Positions 38,894-50,168 of a stretch of 64,000 bases of DNA are shown here, one piece after another. Source of the DNA: Spirochaetaceae bacterium (lineage in GTDB: Bacteria; Spirochaetota; Spirochaetia; DSM-2461). The translations under genes were made by a program, and so were the position numbers. The notes beneath the pieces are model-generated. The model searched no databases and was not told where the DNA came from. It was given only the letters and a program-made list of their open reading frames with translations. The stretch spans positions 64,001-128,000 of the forward strand of contig JAOPTT010000014.1 of assembly GCA_051531975.1 (NCBI GenBank), read 5' to 3'. The first letter of the stretch is position 1. Every line of letters starts with the position of its first letter.

Positions 38894-39727
38894 TTATCCC
38901 TTTACAGCACCTGCGGAGAGCCCTTTTACGAACTGTTTTGCTAAAAGAAGATATATGATAATTACTGGAACAGAGGCTAAAGTAAGTACAGCAAATACAA
39001 GGTCAAACTTAGTATCAAACTGTCCAAATAGCTGTCCTGTTGCTAGTGGGATTGTATATAAATCCCTTGTTTTTATTAAAACTAAAGGGAACCAAAACTC
39101 ATTCCAGTTAGGAATAAAACTAATTATAGCTGCAGCTGCAATTCCTGGTTTAACTAGTGGTGCTATAATTCTAAAGAAGATACCAGGTTCAGAACAACCA
39201 TCAATTCTAGCAGCACTACTTAACTCGTCTGGTATCATTTTGATATAGTCGTATAAAATAAATACACTTAACGGAATAGCCATAGCAATATAAACAATAA
39301 TCAGAGATGTATGAGTATCAAAGATTGTTAAATTAATCATTGTTTTCATAATATCAATAGTTCCTAACTTTATTGGAACAATTAAACCTACAATAAAAAA
39401 TGAATATAGAGCTTTTTGAAACTTAAACTTATACTTAGATAGAGCAAAAGATGCTAATGAAGATATTGAAACCGCAATAGATAGAGAAACTACGGTAACA
39501 AAAACACTATTATAGAAATACCGCCCATAATTAGATTTACTAAAAAGTTTAATATAAGCGTCAAATTTAAATGCTGCAGGCAAACCCAAAGGGTTTGTAA
39601 AAATCTCAGCGTTGCTCTTAAAAGAGGTCATTACCATAATAAAAAGAGGTAAAATAATACTTAATGCATAAAATATCATTACAAGGTATAACCCTGTTTT
39701 AGCCAAAGGCTTTTTTAAGTCTTTCAT
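38894..39727 (-). CDS. carbohydrate ABC transporter permease (MalG-like)
   Basis: IPDELSSAARIDGCS EAA loop; WNEF; GAVKG end. Confidence 0.95.
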   Translation of the reverse strand: MKDLKKPLAKTGLYLVMIFYALSIILPLFIMVMTSFKSNAEIFTNPLGLPAAFKFDAYIKLFSKSNYGRYFYNSVFVTVVSLSIAVSISSLASFALSKYKFKFQKALYSFFIVGLIVPIKLGTIDIMKTMINLTIFDTHTSLIIVYIAMAIPLSVFILYDYIKMIPDELSSAARIDGCSEPGIFFRIIAPLVKPGIAAAAIISFIPNWNEFWFPLVLIKTRDLYTIPLATGQLFGQFDTKFDLVFAVLTLASVPVIIIYLLLAKQFVKGLSAGAVKG

Positions 39728-40647
39728 TAGTTCAACGCCTCCTTTCTCTTGTTAAAGAACGCCATAAATCCAGTAACACCAACACAAACAATAACAAACA
39801 TCATGGTTGCAACTGTAGCACCCATACCTGTTCCCCAACCTCCACGTTCAGGAGATGAGAATGTAGTTCTATAAAATAGAGAACCAAATATATCTGTACT
39901 ATAACCAGGATCACCTTTTGTAGATGTCATGGCATAGATAATGTCAAATTGAGTAAAATCACCAATAAATATAAGTATTGTTACAATACCAACAATTGGT
40001 AAAACAGAAGGTATAATAATATAAATAATTTCGTGCCATAGATTAGCACCGTCAATTCTTGCAGCTTCCATTATTGAATCATCAATTCCATCTATACCAG
40101 AAGCATAAAACATAACTGACTCACCAAAGAACTGCCAACTAACAGCTACGGAAACTAAAACTAATGCTGTCCTTGGATCACCTAACCATGGTAAAACAAG
40201 TTTCCCTAATCCGATAGCTTCTAAAAAGTTATCAAAAACACCTGGGTATGGTTGAAGAATTAGTTTAAAAATAAAACCTACAACTAATACAGAAAGTGTT
40301 GTTGGTAAAAAACTTAATTTACGCATAAACTTAGAACCCGTAAAAGTTCTAGTAACTAAAACAGCCATAAAGAAACCAAAAACATTTTGTATTAATGTAA
40401 CAATAATAAAAAATTGAATATTGTTTCCAAAGGCATTCCAAAATTTCGAATAGTATCTTTCCTCTGTAAAAAGTCTGATATAATTATCAAGACCTACAAA
40501 CTCATCTAATATTAGACCATCTCCAGTAAACAGACTGTAACGCATGGAATTAAGAATAGGTAGTAGCATAAATATTGTATAAACAATAAATGCTGGAAAG
40601 ATAAAAGCAAATAGAAACTTAAAATGTTTTTTATTAGCTTGTAGCAT
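39727..40647 (-). CDS. carbohydrate ABC transporter permease (MalF-like)
   Basis: FVGLDNY, WLGDP, EAARIDGA. Confidence 0.95.
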   Translation of the reverse strand: MLQANKKHFKFLFAFIFPAFIVYTIFMLLPILNSMRYSLFTGDGLILDEFVGLDNYIRLFTEERYYSKFWNAFGNNIQFFIIVTLIQNVFGFFMAVLVTRTFTGSKFMRKLSFLPTTLSVLVVGFIFKLILQPYPGVFDNFLEAIGLGKLVLPWLGDPRTALVLVSVAVSWQFFGESVMFYASGIDGIDDSIMEAARIDGANLWHEIIYIIIPSVLPIVGIVTILIFIGDFTQFDIIYAMTSTKGDPGYSTDIFGSLFYRTTFSSPERGGWGTGMGATVATMMFVIVCVGVTGFMAFFNKRKEALN

Positions 40648-40709
40648 ATAAAACTCCTTTATTAACTTTAATTACACTAATAGTATAACTAGTACTATAG
40701 GTTTCCCTA

Positions 40710-40739
40710 GGTACATCAGTACTAAAGTTAGTACTGTTT
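40710..40739. promoter_or_regulatory. putative response-regulator box upstream of the permeases
   Basis: GGTAC-N3-AGTACT-N5-TAGTACTGTTT, same spacing as 42150-42179. Confidence 0.7.
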
Positions 40740-40754
40740 ATTGGTATTAAATCT

Positions 40755-40788
40755 AATAAAAAAAGCCCCCGAAGGAGCTTTCTATTAT
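40755..40788 (-). terminator. intrinsic terminator after the binding-protein gene
   Basis: AAAGCCCC-CGAA-GGAGCTTT with a T-run on the minus strand. Confidence 0.8.
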
Positions 40789-40803
40789 TGTTATTGTTAT
40801 TGT

Positions 40804-42090
40804 CTACTCATAGTACCAAGATAAACCATCGTCGATATACTTAGCAGCTTCGTCTACAGAATGAACATCTGCATACATTAACTGAATAGCTTCACCAACT
40901 AAAGCGTTACCACTAGGGTCTTGTGCAGATAATTTTTCCCAAACTGTTCTTACAGTAGGTACAGAATCTGCAACATAATCTTGCATCTGCTTAGCTAAAT
41001 CGTTAGTTAAAGTATATTTTCCTGGAGTATAACTAAAGAAACCAGGTAACTCATCCATAAATAACTGAGCATATTCAGGAGATGCTAACCACTGCATATA
41101 CAGTTTAGCTTCTTTTAAATGCTTAGTGTTTTTATTTAATGCAATACCAGCATCAACATGGAAACAGTACTGTAATGTATCTCCAGCTTTAGCAACAGGA
41201 GGTGCAAAATAACCAACATCTTCAAGACCACCTAAGTCCTCAAAAATACCAATTTCCCAGCTTCCACCCATAAACATAGCAGCGTTAGCAGTACCAAACA
41301 TCTGTTGCATAGTTACATAGTCAACAGCTTGGTAACCTTTTGGAAAGTACTGTTGTAGTTCTTTCATTTTTTCTAAAGCTAATACAAAGTTATCGTCTGT
41401 CATTCTAGCTTCTTTTGTTAATAGTTTTTGTCTAGCAGCTTCACCACCATAGAAGTTAGCACCTAAACCAGCATACATTACTTCGTATAACATCCAGTTA
41501 TCTTTAGTTCCCTGTGCAAATACAGTCTCACCAGCAGCTTTTAATGTATCACAAACAGTAATGAACTCATCCCAAGTTGCAGGAGGTGTTAAACCATGTT
41601 TTTCAAATATACTTTTTCTGTAGTAAACACCATGAACAACACCAGCTGAAGGAATACCATAACTAGCACCTTGTGGAGTAGCCCAAGCAGCTTTTGCAGC
41701 TGATGGAAAATCACTTAAACTAGGAATTATAGAATCTAATTCTAATAGTGAATCAGTTTTATAAATCTGATAACCAGAGTCATAAGATCTTAAGAATATA
41801 ATATCAGCTCCAACACCAGCAGTTAAAGTTTGCTTTAACTGTGCGTCGTACTCTGTATCTTTTACAGGTTGAAAATCAATTTCAATGTTTGGATACTTTT
41901 TCGTAAAAGCTTCATTGATTCTATCCATTCGATCAATGTCCTCAGTTCTCCAACTTGTAAAAACAAGCTTAACCTTCTCTACTTTTGCTTCTTTAACTTC
42001 TGCAGGTGCACTTTCTGCAGCTTTCTTTTGACAGCCAGTAAACATTAAAGCAACTAGCATTACCGATAATAATAGGGCAATTTTTTTCAA
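40804..42090 (-). CDS. carbohydrate ABC transporter substrate-binding lipoprotein
   Basis: Lipobox FTGC; FTKKYPNI, PATWDEF, AAMFMGGSW. Confidence 0.93.
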   Translation of the reverse strand: MKKIALLLSVMLVALMFTGCQKKAAESAPAEVKEAKVEKVKLVFTSWRTEDIDRMDRINEAFTKKYPNIEIDFQPVKDTEYDAQLKQTLTAGVGADIIFLRSYDSGYQIYKTDSLLELDSIIPSLSDFPSAAKAAWATPQGASYGIPSAGVVHGVYYRKSIFEKHGLTPPATWDEFITVCDTLKAAGETVFAQGTKDNWMLYEVMYAGLGANFYGGEAARQKLLTKEARMTDDNFVLALEKMKELQQYFPKGYQAVDYVTMQQMFGTANAAMFMGGSWEIGIFEDLGGLEDVGYFAPPVAKAGDTLQYCFHVDAGIALNKNTKHLKEAKLYMQWLASPEYAQLFMDELPGFFSYTPGKYTLTNDLAKQMQDYVADSVPTVRTVWEKLSAQDPSGNALVGEAIQLMYADVHSVDEAAKYIDDGLSWYYE

Positions 42091-42149
42091 AACAGTTCTC
42101 CTTTTTTTAATCCTAAGTTAAGGCTAAGCCCACTTTAAGCAGAACACAA

Positions 42150-42179
42150 GGTACTAAAGTACTGGAAATAGTACTGTTT
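42150..42179. promoter_or_regulatory. putative response-regulator box upstream of the binding-protein gene
   Basis: GGTAC-TAA-AGTACT-GGAAA-TAGTACTGTTT. Confidence 0.7.
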
Positions 42180-42200
42180 TATATGAAAGGTATGGGTTTA

Positions 42201-42842
42201 TTAGATATATTCAGATGCAATTTTAATAACTTCTCTTCTATCATGGGTATCAATTTTAGAATAAATTAGACTTACATGATTTTTTACAGTCTGTTCAGCA
42301 ATAAAAAGTTCCTCGGCAATCTCTCTGTTATCTAGACCATTAACTATTAACTTTAAAACCTGTTTTTCTCTACGACTTAAGGATTTAAACCAGCCAGGTT
42401 TTATATTGTTTTTTGCCATTGGAATATTCTGAGTCAGATGTTTAGCAACAGATGGAGATATTAAAACCATACCATTACTAGCACCATGAATAGAAGAAAT
42501 TAATTCTAGAGGAGGAGTATCTTTTAATAAAAACCCAGTAGCTCCAAAGTTTAGGGCATCTCTAATATATTCATCATCATCGAAGGTTGTTAACATAATA
42601 ATTTTTATATCAGGGAATTTCAGATGGATTCTTTTTGTTGACTCTACACCATCCATTTTAGGCATTCTAATATCCATTAAAATAAGGTCTGGTTCATGTT
42701 TTTCTGCTAGTTCTATAGCCTCTAAACCATTAGTAGCCATAGCAACAACATTTATAAAATCGCTACGAATCTCTAATACAATTTTTAAACTCTCGGCAAA
42801 CAGTGCTTGGTCATCAACTATTAGAATGTTTATTTTTTCCAC
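42201..42842 (-). CDS. NarL/LuxR family response regulator
   Basis: VDDQ, LMDIRMP, LTTFDDD, LSRREKQVL..TVKNHVS. Confidence 0.96.
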   Translation of the reverse strand: MEKINILIVDDQALFAESLKIVLEIRSDFINVVAMATNGLEAIELAEKHEPDLILMDIRMPKMDGVESTKRIHLKFPDIKIIMLTTFDDDEYIRDALNFGATGFLLKDTPPLELISSIHGASNGMVLISPSVAKHLTQNIPMAKNNIKPGWFKSLSRREKQVLKLIVNGLDNREIAEELFIAEQTVKNHVSLIYSKIDTHDRREVIKIASEYI

Positions 42843-44074
42843 TATGTTTCATCCTTCCAGGGTATCTCAACTTTAACAGAAAACCCACTTTTGGTACTTA
42901 AATATAAAAGTTTACCAGAGACTTCGTTAAGCCTCTCTTCCATACCTTTTAAACCGATACCTTCTTTGATGTCAATAGAACCGTTACCATCATCAATTAG
43001 ATTTATGTAGATAATATCATCACTATATCTAAAATGTATATCAATATTTTTTGCTTCACCATGGGTTAAAGAATTTGTCATTCCTTCCTGTAAAAACCTG
43101 TATATTATATTGTTAATTTTGTCAGGTAGTACCCAGGGTAAATTTCCTAACTCAATCCTAACATCTATACCTGTAGAGTTCCTAAATACATCTACAAGGT
43201 TTCTAACAATCTCAATACTATTACCTTTTTTTACTTTAGTATTTCTTAAGACCCGTAAAGACTGACGCATATCTTTATGTCCATCTTTTATTAGTATAAG
43301 AGCTTTGTCTAATAACTCTTCTAATTTTTTTGGTTGCTTTCCTACAAGGTCAGTACTAGCCTCTATCATCATTAAAAGATTAGTCATTGTATAACCAACG
43401 GTATCGTGGATATCCCTAGTTAACCTCATTCTTTCCGAGGTTATACTCTTCTCTTCTGCTAGGTTTGCATATTTTTGAAATCCAGTATTGGCGCTAGATA
43501 GTTTTTTAATAATTAGATTCTGATCCAATAATACATCTCGTTGTCTTTTTAGAAGTATATATCCAGACTTTAATATAATACAAAAACTACACATCAAAAC
43601 AGTTAACATCAGAAGGGCAATTTTTGTATCTAATGTTCTCTCGCTAACAATTACACCCCAATAGATATCGCTATGGCTTGTAAACACCGAAGTAAGGATC
43701 AGGGTAACAGAAAGTGAAACAATCTCTTTTATAGATAAAAAGATAACCCCTTCAAATAAAATTATAACTATAATCAAAAACTCAAACCAAATATTATTAC
43801 TAAATGGTTTAGTTAGTAGATATTTGTAAATTAACTCTATAGCAAAAAAAAGAGCTAAAATAAGCCCTCTAGGTTTAAGTAAAAAAGCAATTATAGTTGT
43901 AATTAGAGATACCATAAGAATAATATAAAATTGTAACATCCAAGACCTAGGAAAGTGGTTCTCCCCATGTTTAAAGTAAAACAATAAAAACATAGTTAAG
44001 TAACAAAATGCTATCATACATAAAACAGCCCATTTACCTATTGTGGTTCCTTTTTTTAAAAGATTATTCTTCAT
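42842..44074 (-). CDS. membrane sensor histidine kinase (HisKA_3)
   Basis: [37 protein letters not shown]. Confidence 0.94.
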   Translation of the reverse strand: MKNNLLKKGTTIGKWAVLCMIAFCYLTMFLLFYFKHGENHFPRSWMLQFYIILMVSLITTIIAFLLKPRGLILALFFAIELIYKYLLTKPFSNNIWFEFLIIVIILFEGVIFLSIKEIVSLSVTLILTSVFTSHSDIYWGVIVSERTLDTKIALLMLTVLMCSFCIILKSGYILLKRQRDVLLDQNLIIKKLSSANTGFQKYANLAEEKSITSERMRLTRDIHDTVGYTMTNLLMMIEASTDLVGKQPKKLEELLDKALILIKDGHKDMRQSLRVLRNTKVKKGNSIEIVRNLVDVFRNSTGIDVRIELGNLPWVLPDKINNIIYRFLQEGMTNSLTHGEAKNIDIHFRYSDDIIYINLIDDGNGSIDIKEGIGLKGMEERLNEVSGKLLYLSTKSGFSVKVEIPWKDET

Positions 44075-44177
44075 AATACAATTAAAACAGAGAAAAGACG
44101 CAAAGTCAAACAAACTCTATTTACATTCCCTTAATCCCATGATATTTATATTAGAAACCCAGTTTAAAGGAAGTACC

Positions 44178-44987
44178 ATGAGAGTAATTATACAAAACGA
44201 CTATAATAAAGTATCTAAGTGGACTGCATCGTTCATTGCAAAAAAGATAAAAGATTCCAACCCAACCCAGGATAATCCATATGTATTAGGGCTTCCAACT
44301 GGATCTACTCCTCTAGGTGTATATAATGAACTAATCAGATTAAACAAAGAGGGATATGTTAGCTTTGAAAATGTTATTACATTTAACATGGACGAGTATG
44401 TAGGAATACCTAGAGACCACGAACAAAGCTATTATACTTTTATGTGGACAAACTTTTTTAACCATATAGATATTCAAGAAAAAAATGTAAACATATTAAA
44501 CGGTAATGCTCCAGACTTAAATAAAGAGTGCCTTGAATACGAAGAAAAAATAACTTCTGTTGGTGGTATTGATCTATTTATGGGTGGTATTGGCCCTGAT
44601 GGTCATATTGCATTTAATGAACCAGGTTCATCTTTAGAATCATTAACAAGAATTAAAACACTTACTCAGGATACTATAATAGCAAACAGTAGGTTTTTTA
44701 ATAACGATGTTAATTTAGTACCTAAAACTGCTTTAACTGTTGGGGTTAAAACTGTTATGTCAGCAAAACATGTTGTTATTTTAGCAACTGGTTTTAATAA
44801 AGCACTGGCTCTTCATAAAGTAATTGAGGAAGGTATAAACCATATGTGGACAGTATCTGCTCTTCAGCTACATCGTAACGGAGTTGTTGTTTGTAACGAT
44901 GAAGCTACAGTCGAGATGAAGGTAGGAACAGTAAACTACTTTAAAGATATAGAGATGGATAACTTAGATCCTAAAACTCAACTTTAA
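44178..44987 (+). CDS. nagB: glucosamine-6-phosphate deaminase
   Basis: [34 protein letters not shown] 44178. Confidence 0.97.
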   Translation: MRVIIQNDYNKVSKWTASFIAKKIKDSNPTQDNPYVLGLPTGSTPLGVYNELIRLNKEGYVSFENVITFNMDEYVGIPRDHEQSYYTFMWTNFFNHIDIQEKNVNILNGNAPDLNKECLEYEEKITSVGGIDLFMGGIGPDGHIAFNEPGSSLESLTRIKTLTQDTIIANSRFFNNDVNLVPKTALTVGVKTVMSAKHVVILATGFNKALALHKVIEEGINHMWTVSALQLHRNGVVVCNDEATVEMKVGTVNYFKDIEMDNLDPKTQL

Positions 44988-46684
44988 TACCATAAAGCAA
45001 ATATGTTCCCAGGGTCGTTTATCTCCTGGAGCATATTTAGTTCGCTAATAACTGCGGGTAACTTTACTTTATTAAACATGTTAGTAGTAAGACTCTCTAA
45101 AAGTGGTAACTCTTGTTCAATATCCACAAAACCGACATTTTTAACACCAAACTCTTTTATAAAGTAGTTTTTTACATCATCTAATCCACCAATATTATCA
45201 ACTAACCCATTCTCTAACGCCTGCTGACCACTCCAAACTCTTCCACCTGCAATGTTTTTAAGTGTTTGTGTTTCAATTCCACGGCTAGAACTAACTAAAT
45301 TCAAAAATCTTAAATAAGTATTTTCCACATTTAGCTGATATATCTTTGCTGATTCTGCAGATATATTTTTTGTAGGGCTTATATTATTATTAGAAGAAAT
45401 TGTTGATATACCATCGTTATGTACACTTAAAAGTTCTTCTAGAGTTTCTTCTAACCCAAAAATCATAGCAAAAACACCAATAGAACCAGTTATAGTTGTC
45501 CTGTCTGCAAATATAATATCTCCAGCTGTAGCAATCCAATAACCACCAGATGCACACATATTACCCATTGAAATAACAACAGGAATACTTTGGGCTATGG
45601 CCTGGATCTTACGCCTTATAATTTCAGATGCATAAGCACTTCCACCACCACTATTAATTCTAATAACAAGACCTTCGTATTCATTTAAATCTATACTATC
45701 AAGCAGAGCTTCGGTTTCAACTGCATCGATAGTGTTATAACCTTCGGAATATACAATATTACCCTCTAATGTAACCACAGCAATTTTCATATTGTTAGTT
45801 CTATTTTTTTTACCTTCAAGATAGTCAGTAAAATAGTTCATTTCAGAAAATTGGTTAAAGAATTCACTTCTGGTTTCTAAAACATCAACATACCCTTCTT
45901 CCAGGGCTAACAGAGAATTATCTCCACTATATTTTTTTACTAAGCTAAGTTTATTATTTGTAAAGAGGTTAAAATTTTCTTCTGACAACCCAATATTAGT
46001 TCTAACTTTATTAGTATAATTATCCCACATATCATTCATCCAAACTAAATTTTGTCTTTTTACGTCACTAGACATCGAAGTGGATAAATATGGTTCAACA
46101 TAGGATTTATACTCACCTGCTCTAAAAACCTGAACTTCAACATTGTATTTATCTAGAGTCTCTTTCCAATAATTTCTGTAAACACTAATACCTGTAAAAG
46201 ATACCTCTCCAAATGGATCCATAGATATCTGGTCAGCAAAACTTGCTAAATAATAGTGCCCTTGTTTGTAAAATGATGAATAGGCATAAATCTGTTTTCC
46301 ACTTATCTTAAATTCTTCTAAGGAATTTCCAATTTCTTCCATCTGTGCAAAACCGATAGTTGTTAAAAAATCCAGATCTAAAACAATTGCAGATATATCC
46401 GAGTCAGTTGCTGCTATATTTATTGATAGTAAAATATCTTTTAATAAAGTAGTTGCCGGAAGTTGCAAATCCCTCGATGACAACATTGATAGAATATCAC
46501 CTTGACCTGGAGTCTCACTAATAGTACCACTAGGCTGAATAAGTAGAATATTTCCTGTAGACTTTGTTCCTGAATATCCAGAAAAAAGAATTATAGAGAT
46601 AACAATGGCCCAAAAAACAGCATTAATTATCCCAATTCTTATTTTATTACTAACCTTAGAAATCTTCTTTATTATATTTATCAT
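44984..46684 (-). CDS. sppA: signal peptide peptidase SppA (two-domain)
   Basis: [38 protein letters not shown]. Confidence 0.93.
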   Translation of the reverse strand: MINIIKKISKVSNKIRIGIINAVFWAIVISIILFSGYSGTKSTGNILLIQPSGTISETPGQGDILSMLSSRDLQLPATTLLKDILLSINIAATDSDISAIVLDLDFLTTIGFAQMEEIGNSLEEFKISGKQIYAYSSFYKQGHYYLASFADQISMDPFGEVSFTGISVYRNYWKETLDKYNVEVQVFRAGEYKSYVEPYLSTSMSSDVKRQNLVWMNDMWDNYTNKVRTNIGLSEENFNLFTNNKLSLVKKYSGDNSLLALEEGYVDVLETRSEFFNQFSEMNYFTDYLEGKKNRTNNMKIAVVTLEGNIVYSEGYNTIDAVETEALLDSIDLNEYEGLVIRINSGGGSAYASEIIRRKIQAIAQSIPVVISMGNMCASGGYWIATAGDIIFADRTTITGSIGVFAMIFGLEETLEELLSVHNDGISTISSNNNISPTKNISAESAKIYQLNVENTYLRFLNLVSSSRGIETQTLKNIAGGRVWSGQQALENGLVDNIGGLDDVKNYFIKEFGVKNVGFVDIEQELPLLESLTTNMFNKVKLPAVISELNMLQEINDPGNIFALWY

Positions 46685-47339
46685 CTCTTCCCTTTTCCAA
46701 AAGCTTAACCTCTTTTATGTCCCTAGAAGATTGTTGCCAATGTGTATCAAGTAGAGCTTGGATATCGGTTCTATCATCGTTAAACATAGCAGTGGTCTTA
46801 ACAATTTCATTGTATTTTTTAACTAAAACAGAAACATGAAAAGGATTATCATTATCGCACTCATCAACAATATTTCGCCGTAAGTTCTCATAATTTCTTT
46901 TTAAAAACTGTCCAACTCTAATTTTATGTAACTCTCTTAATTTTAAAATCTTATTTTTGATTATAAATTTATGCTCTTTTTCCAATATACTTTTACCAGT
47001 CATCTGTTCTTCTATAGAGGTAATATACCCATCTATTTTATCAGCTTCTTTAAAATCTTTTGCCTGGGTAATTAGTTTATGACCATCTTCTATTAGTTGT
47101 AAAATTCTATTTCTTTCTTTATCTTCAGGTGATATTCTACCTTTTAGTTCTTTAGTGACACTACTATATAATTTTAATAATTGTTCTCTATCAGAATTTT
47201 CGATATTAGCTTTTTTTATCTCATTTTCTAATTCAATTATTACTGAACTAGCCACTGAAAAGTTCTTCTTTAATGAGTTAATTTTTAAACCTAAATTTAT
47301 AGCTCTATCTTTATTATCCAAAATGTTATTCTCCTGCAT
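46656..47339 (-). CDS. hypothetical helical protein
   Basis: Long charged, coiled-coil-like ORF overlapping the sppA start. Confidence 0.65.
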   Translation of the reverse strand: MQENNILDNKDRAINLGLKINSLKKNFSVASSVIIELENEIKKANIENSDREQLLKLYSSVTKELKGRISPEDKERNRILQLIEDGHKLITQAKDFKEADKIDGYITSIEEQMTGKSILEKEHKFIIKNKILKLRELHKIRVGQFLKRNYENLRRNIVDECDNDNPFHVSVLVKKYNEIVKTTAMFNDDRTDIQALLDTHWQQSSRDIKEVKLLEKGRDDKYNKEDF

Positions 47340-47544
47340 TGTTAATACCCAAAGTATACCCCAAGACAACTCTTTTTAATAGATGTTATATTTTAAGAGT
47401 TAAAGTGTTCTATTTCGTTTAATTATAAGTGATAATTACGTTATAGGGGCAAAATTAGACTACAAAAAGTGCTGCTTAACATTATTATAGGAGTTTACTA
47501 TTAATAAAATGACCTACTCCTGTGCCAAAATATAGGAGAATATT

Positions 47545-48933
47545 ATGACTAATAAAGAGTTAGAAGAGAAGCTATTATTAAAGAGAGAAAGTTCATGGAT
47601 AACATACCCAGACGATGAGATTAAAGCTGCCTTTGATTTCTGCGAAGGGTATAAAACATATATTGATAATTCTAAAACAGAGAGACTTTGTGTTACCTAC
47701 TCTGTAGAGATGTTAAAAGAGAGTGGATTCAAAGATATAAACTCATTTAAGAAGCTAAAAACTGGAGATAAGTTTTATAAAGTTTTAAAAGGTAGAGCAC
47801 TATTTGCTGGTATTGTTGGTAAAGATCAAGATATTTTTAATATAGTTGGTGCCCACGTGGATTCTCCTAGGTTAGATACAAAACCAAACCCACTTTTTCA
47901 GGATTCAGATTTAGCACTTTTTAAAACTCATTATTACGGTGGAATAAAAAAATATCAGTGGGTAAATCAGCCACTTTCAATCCACGGTGTGGTTTATACT
48001 ACAGACGGTAGAGAGATTTCTATATCTATAGGAGAAAAGGAAGATGAACCTAAATTTATTATTCCAGATCTTCTTATACATCTGTCCCAAGAGCAACTAA
48101 AAAAAGAGGGAGCTAAAGTAGTTGAAGCTGAACAATTAAATGTAATTGTTGGTAGTATCCCTGTAAACGATAAAGATATTAAAGAGCAGGTTAAGTTTGC
48201 TGTTTTAAAATATTTATATGAAGAATATAACTTTACAGAAGTGGATTTTAATAGTGCAGATATCTCTATTACTCCAGCTGGAAAGGCGATTGATATTGGT
48301 TTTGACCGTGGTCTAATTGCTGCATATGGTCACGATGACAGGATCTGTGCTTTCCCTGCATTAGAAGTAATTAGAGAATTAGATACACCACAAAAAACAG
48401 CTATAGTATTTTTATCAGACAAAGAAGAAGTAGGTTCAGCCGGTGATACTGGTGCCGATAGTAATGTTCTATTAAACCTAACAATTCAATATACAGAATT
48501 AACAGGAACAAAAACTAATCCACACCTAATTTTAGAAAAATCTGCTGCAATTTCTTCAGATGTGACAGCTGGTGTTAACCCTAACTTTAAAAATGCTCAT
48601 GACTTAAACAATGCACCTATTCTTGGAAAAGGTGTTGGTATTGCAAAGTATACAGGTGCTAGAGGTAAATCTGGTGCCCACGATTCTGGTGCAGATTATG
48701 TAGGTTATATTAGAACAATTGCAAAAGAGAGTAATACAGCTATCCAATCTACAACTATGGGTAAGGTTGACTTAGGTGGTGGTGGAACTATTGCAAAGTA
48801 CCTAGCTAAATATGGAATGAACGTAGTAGATGCAGGTCCAGCAGTACTTGGAATGCACTCTCCCTACGAAGTTGCATCTAAAGTAGATATATACTCTTGT
48901 TATAAGCTATACAAAGCATTTATGATCCGTTAA
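47545..48933 (+). CDS. M18 family aminopeptidase
   Basis: GAHVDSPR, HYYGGIKKYQW, HDDR, KEEVGS, GGGGTI, MHSP. Confidence 0.95.
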   Translation: MTNKELEEKLLLKRESSWITYPDDEIKAAFDFCEGYKTYIDNSKTERLCVTYSVEMLKESGFKDINSFKKLKTGDKFYKVLKGRALFAGIVGKDQDIFNIVGAHVDSPRLDTKPNPLFQDSDLALFKTHYYGGIKKYQWVNQPLSIHGVVYTTDGREISISIGEKEDEPKFIIPDLLIHLSQEQLKKEGAKVVEAEQLNVIVGSIPVNDKDIKEQVKFAVLKYLYEEYNFTEVDFNSADISITPAGKAIDIGFDRGLIAAYGHDDRICAFPALEVIRELDTPQKTAIVFLSDKEEVGSAGDTGADSNVLLNLTIQYTELTGTKTNPHLILEKSAAISSDVTAGVNPNFKNAHDLNNAPILGKGVGIAKYTGARGKSGAHDSGADYVGYIRTIAKESNTAIQSTTMGKVDLGGGGTIAKYLAKYGMNVVDAGPAVLGMHSPYEVASKVDIYSCYKLYKAFMIR

Positions 48934-48935
48934 GA

Positions 48936-48967
48936 TATTAAGAGCTACTATTTGGTAGCTCTTAATA
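48936..48967 (+). terminator. stem-loop after the aminopeptidase gene
   Basis: TATTAAGAGCTAC-TATTTG-GTAGCTCTTAATA. Confidence 0.7.
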
Positions 48968-48985
48968 CAAGTTTAAGGAGATATT

Positions 48986-49405
48986 GTGGGAACTTGGGAT
49001 ATAGGTTTTTTTGATAACGACATGGCATGTGACTGGGAAAATGGTTTAGTTGAATCAAAATCTCTAGGTTATATAGAAGATGCAATTTCACCTGTTTTAA
49101 CTGATACCGACGATACCTTAGATATAGATATTGCAAATAAAGCCCTTGCTGCTTCAGAAGCATTAGCACGACTTTTAGGTCACGATGGGGAGCATACCAG
49201 TTATACAGACCATATTGATAACTGGGTTAAAGAGTTTACAGATCCAATTCCAGAAGAACTACTACAAAAAGCTTTAGAATCTTTAGAAATAGTTCAGGGT
49301 AGTAACTCAGAAATTAAACAGTACTGGAAAATTAGAGGTGAACTGGATAATTGGCAGTCAAATATTCAAAACCTAAAAAACAGACTAGTTCCCAATAATG
49401 ATTAA
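48986..49405 (+). CDS. DUF4259 family protein
   Basis: MGTW..GFFDND.A.DW..ALAA.E..SE....W....W...L..RL. Confidence 0.85.
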   Translation: MGTWDIGFFDNDMACDWENGLVESKSLGYIEDAISPVLTDTDDTLDIDIANKALAASEALARLLGHDGEHTSYTDHIDNWVKEFTDPIPEELLQKALESLEIVQGSNSEIKQYWKIRGELDNWQSNIQNLKNRLVPNND

Positions 49406-50168
49406 GAAGTTAGACAAATTCGCTATTAAAAACTTAACATTAATAATAATTATAGGTCAGATTCTAGTATATTTAGGTCTAAACTCAAAGATAATATCCT
49501 ACGAGATGTTATACCTCTCTTACCCTCACATCTTTAGTGGTCAAATATGGCGGGTAATATCATTTATATTTATACCTCCAACCTCATCTCCAATATGGGC
49601 AGTATTAGCATGGTACTTCTTTTATCTAATAGGTAGCAGCTTAGAACATTTTTGGGGAGCACTACATTATAATATCTACATACTAATTGCAGTTGTTTTA
49701 ACTAACATTGTAGCTTTTCTGTTTAATTTTCAGATAGGTTCAAACTACTACATACAAACATCCCTATTTTTAGCATTTGCATTTCTTAATCCTGAATACC
49801 AAATTAGACTTTTTTTTATAATTCCTATAAAGATTAAATGGATAGCAATATTAACTTGGATTCTATATTTAGGTGTAGTTTTATTTGGTTCTACAGGAGA
49901 AAAACTACTTTTAGCATCATCGATTATCAACTTTATTCTATATTTTAACAGAGACATTTATTTTAAACTTAAATATAGAGGGAAAAAAGTTAAGATAAAA
50001 ATTGAAAAAAAGGTCACAGAAAATAGAGCGATTCATACATGTGCAAAGTGTGGAATAAATGATAAAGATAACCCTTATACAGATTTTAGGTACTGTAGCC
50101 AATGTACTCCAGAGCAATGTTATTGCCAGGAACATATTTTAGATCATGATCATTATCAGGGAGAATAG
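49398..50168 (+). CDS. rhomboid/Derlin-like membrane protein with C-terminal Cys/His zinc-finger-like motif
   Basis: GQIWRVISF, G.SLE..WG, IPIKIKW; HTCAKC..FRYCSQC...YCQEH..H.H. Confidence 0.75.
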   Translation: MIKKLDKFAIKNLTLIIIIGQILVYLGLNSKIISYEMLYLSYPHIFSGQIWRVISFIFIPPTSSPIWAVLAWYFFYLIGSSLEHFWGALHYNIYILIAVVLTNIVAFLFNFQIGSNYYIQTSLFLAFAFLNPEYQIRLFFIIPIKIKWIAILTWILYLGVVLFGSTGEKLLLASSIINFILYFNRDIYFKLKYRGKKVKIKIEKKVTENRAIHTCAKCGINDKDNPYTDFRYCSQCTPEQCYCQEHILDHDHYQGE

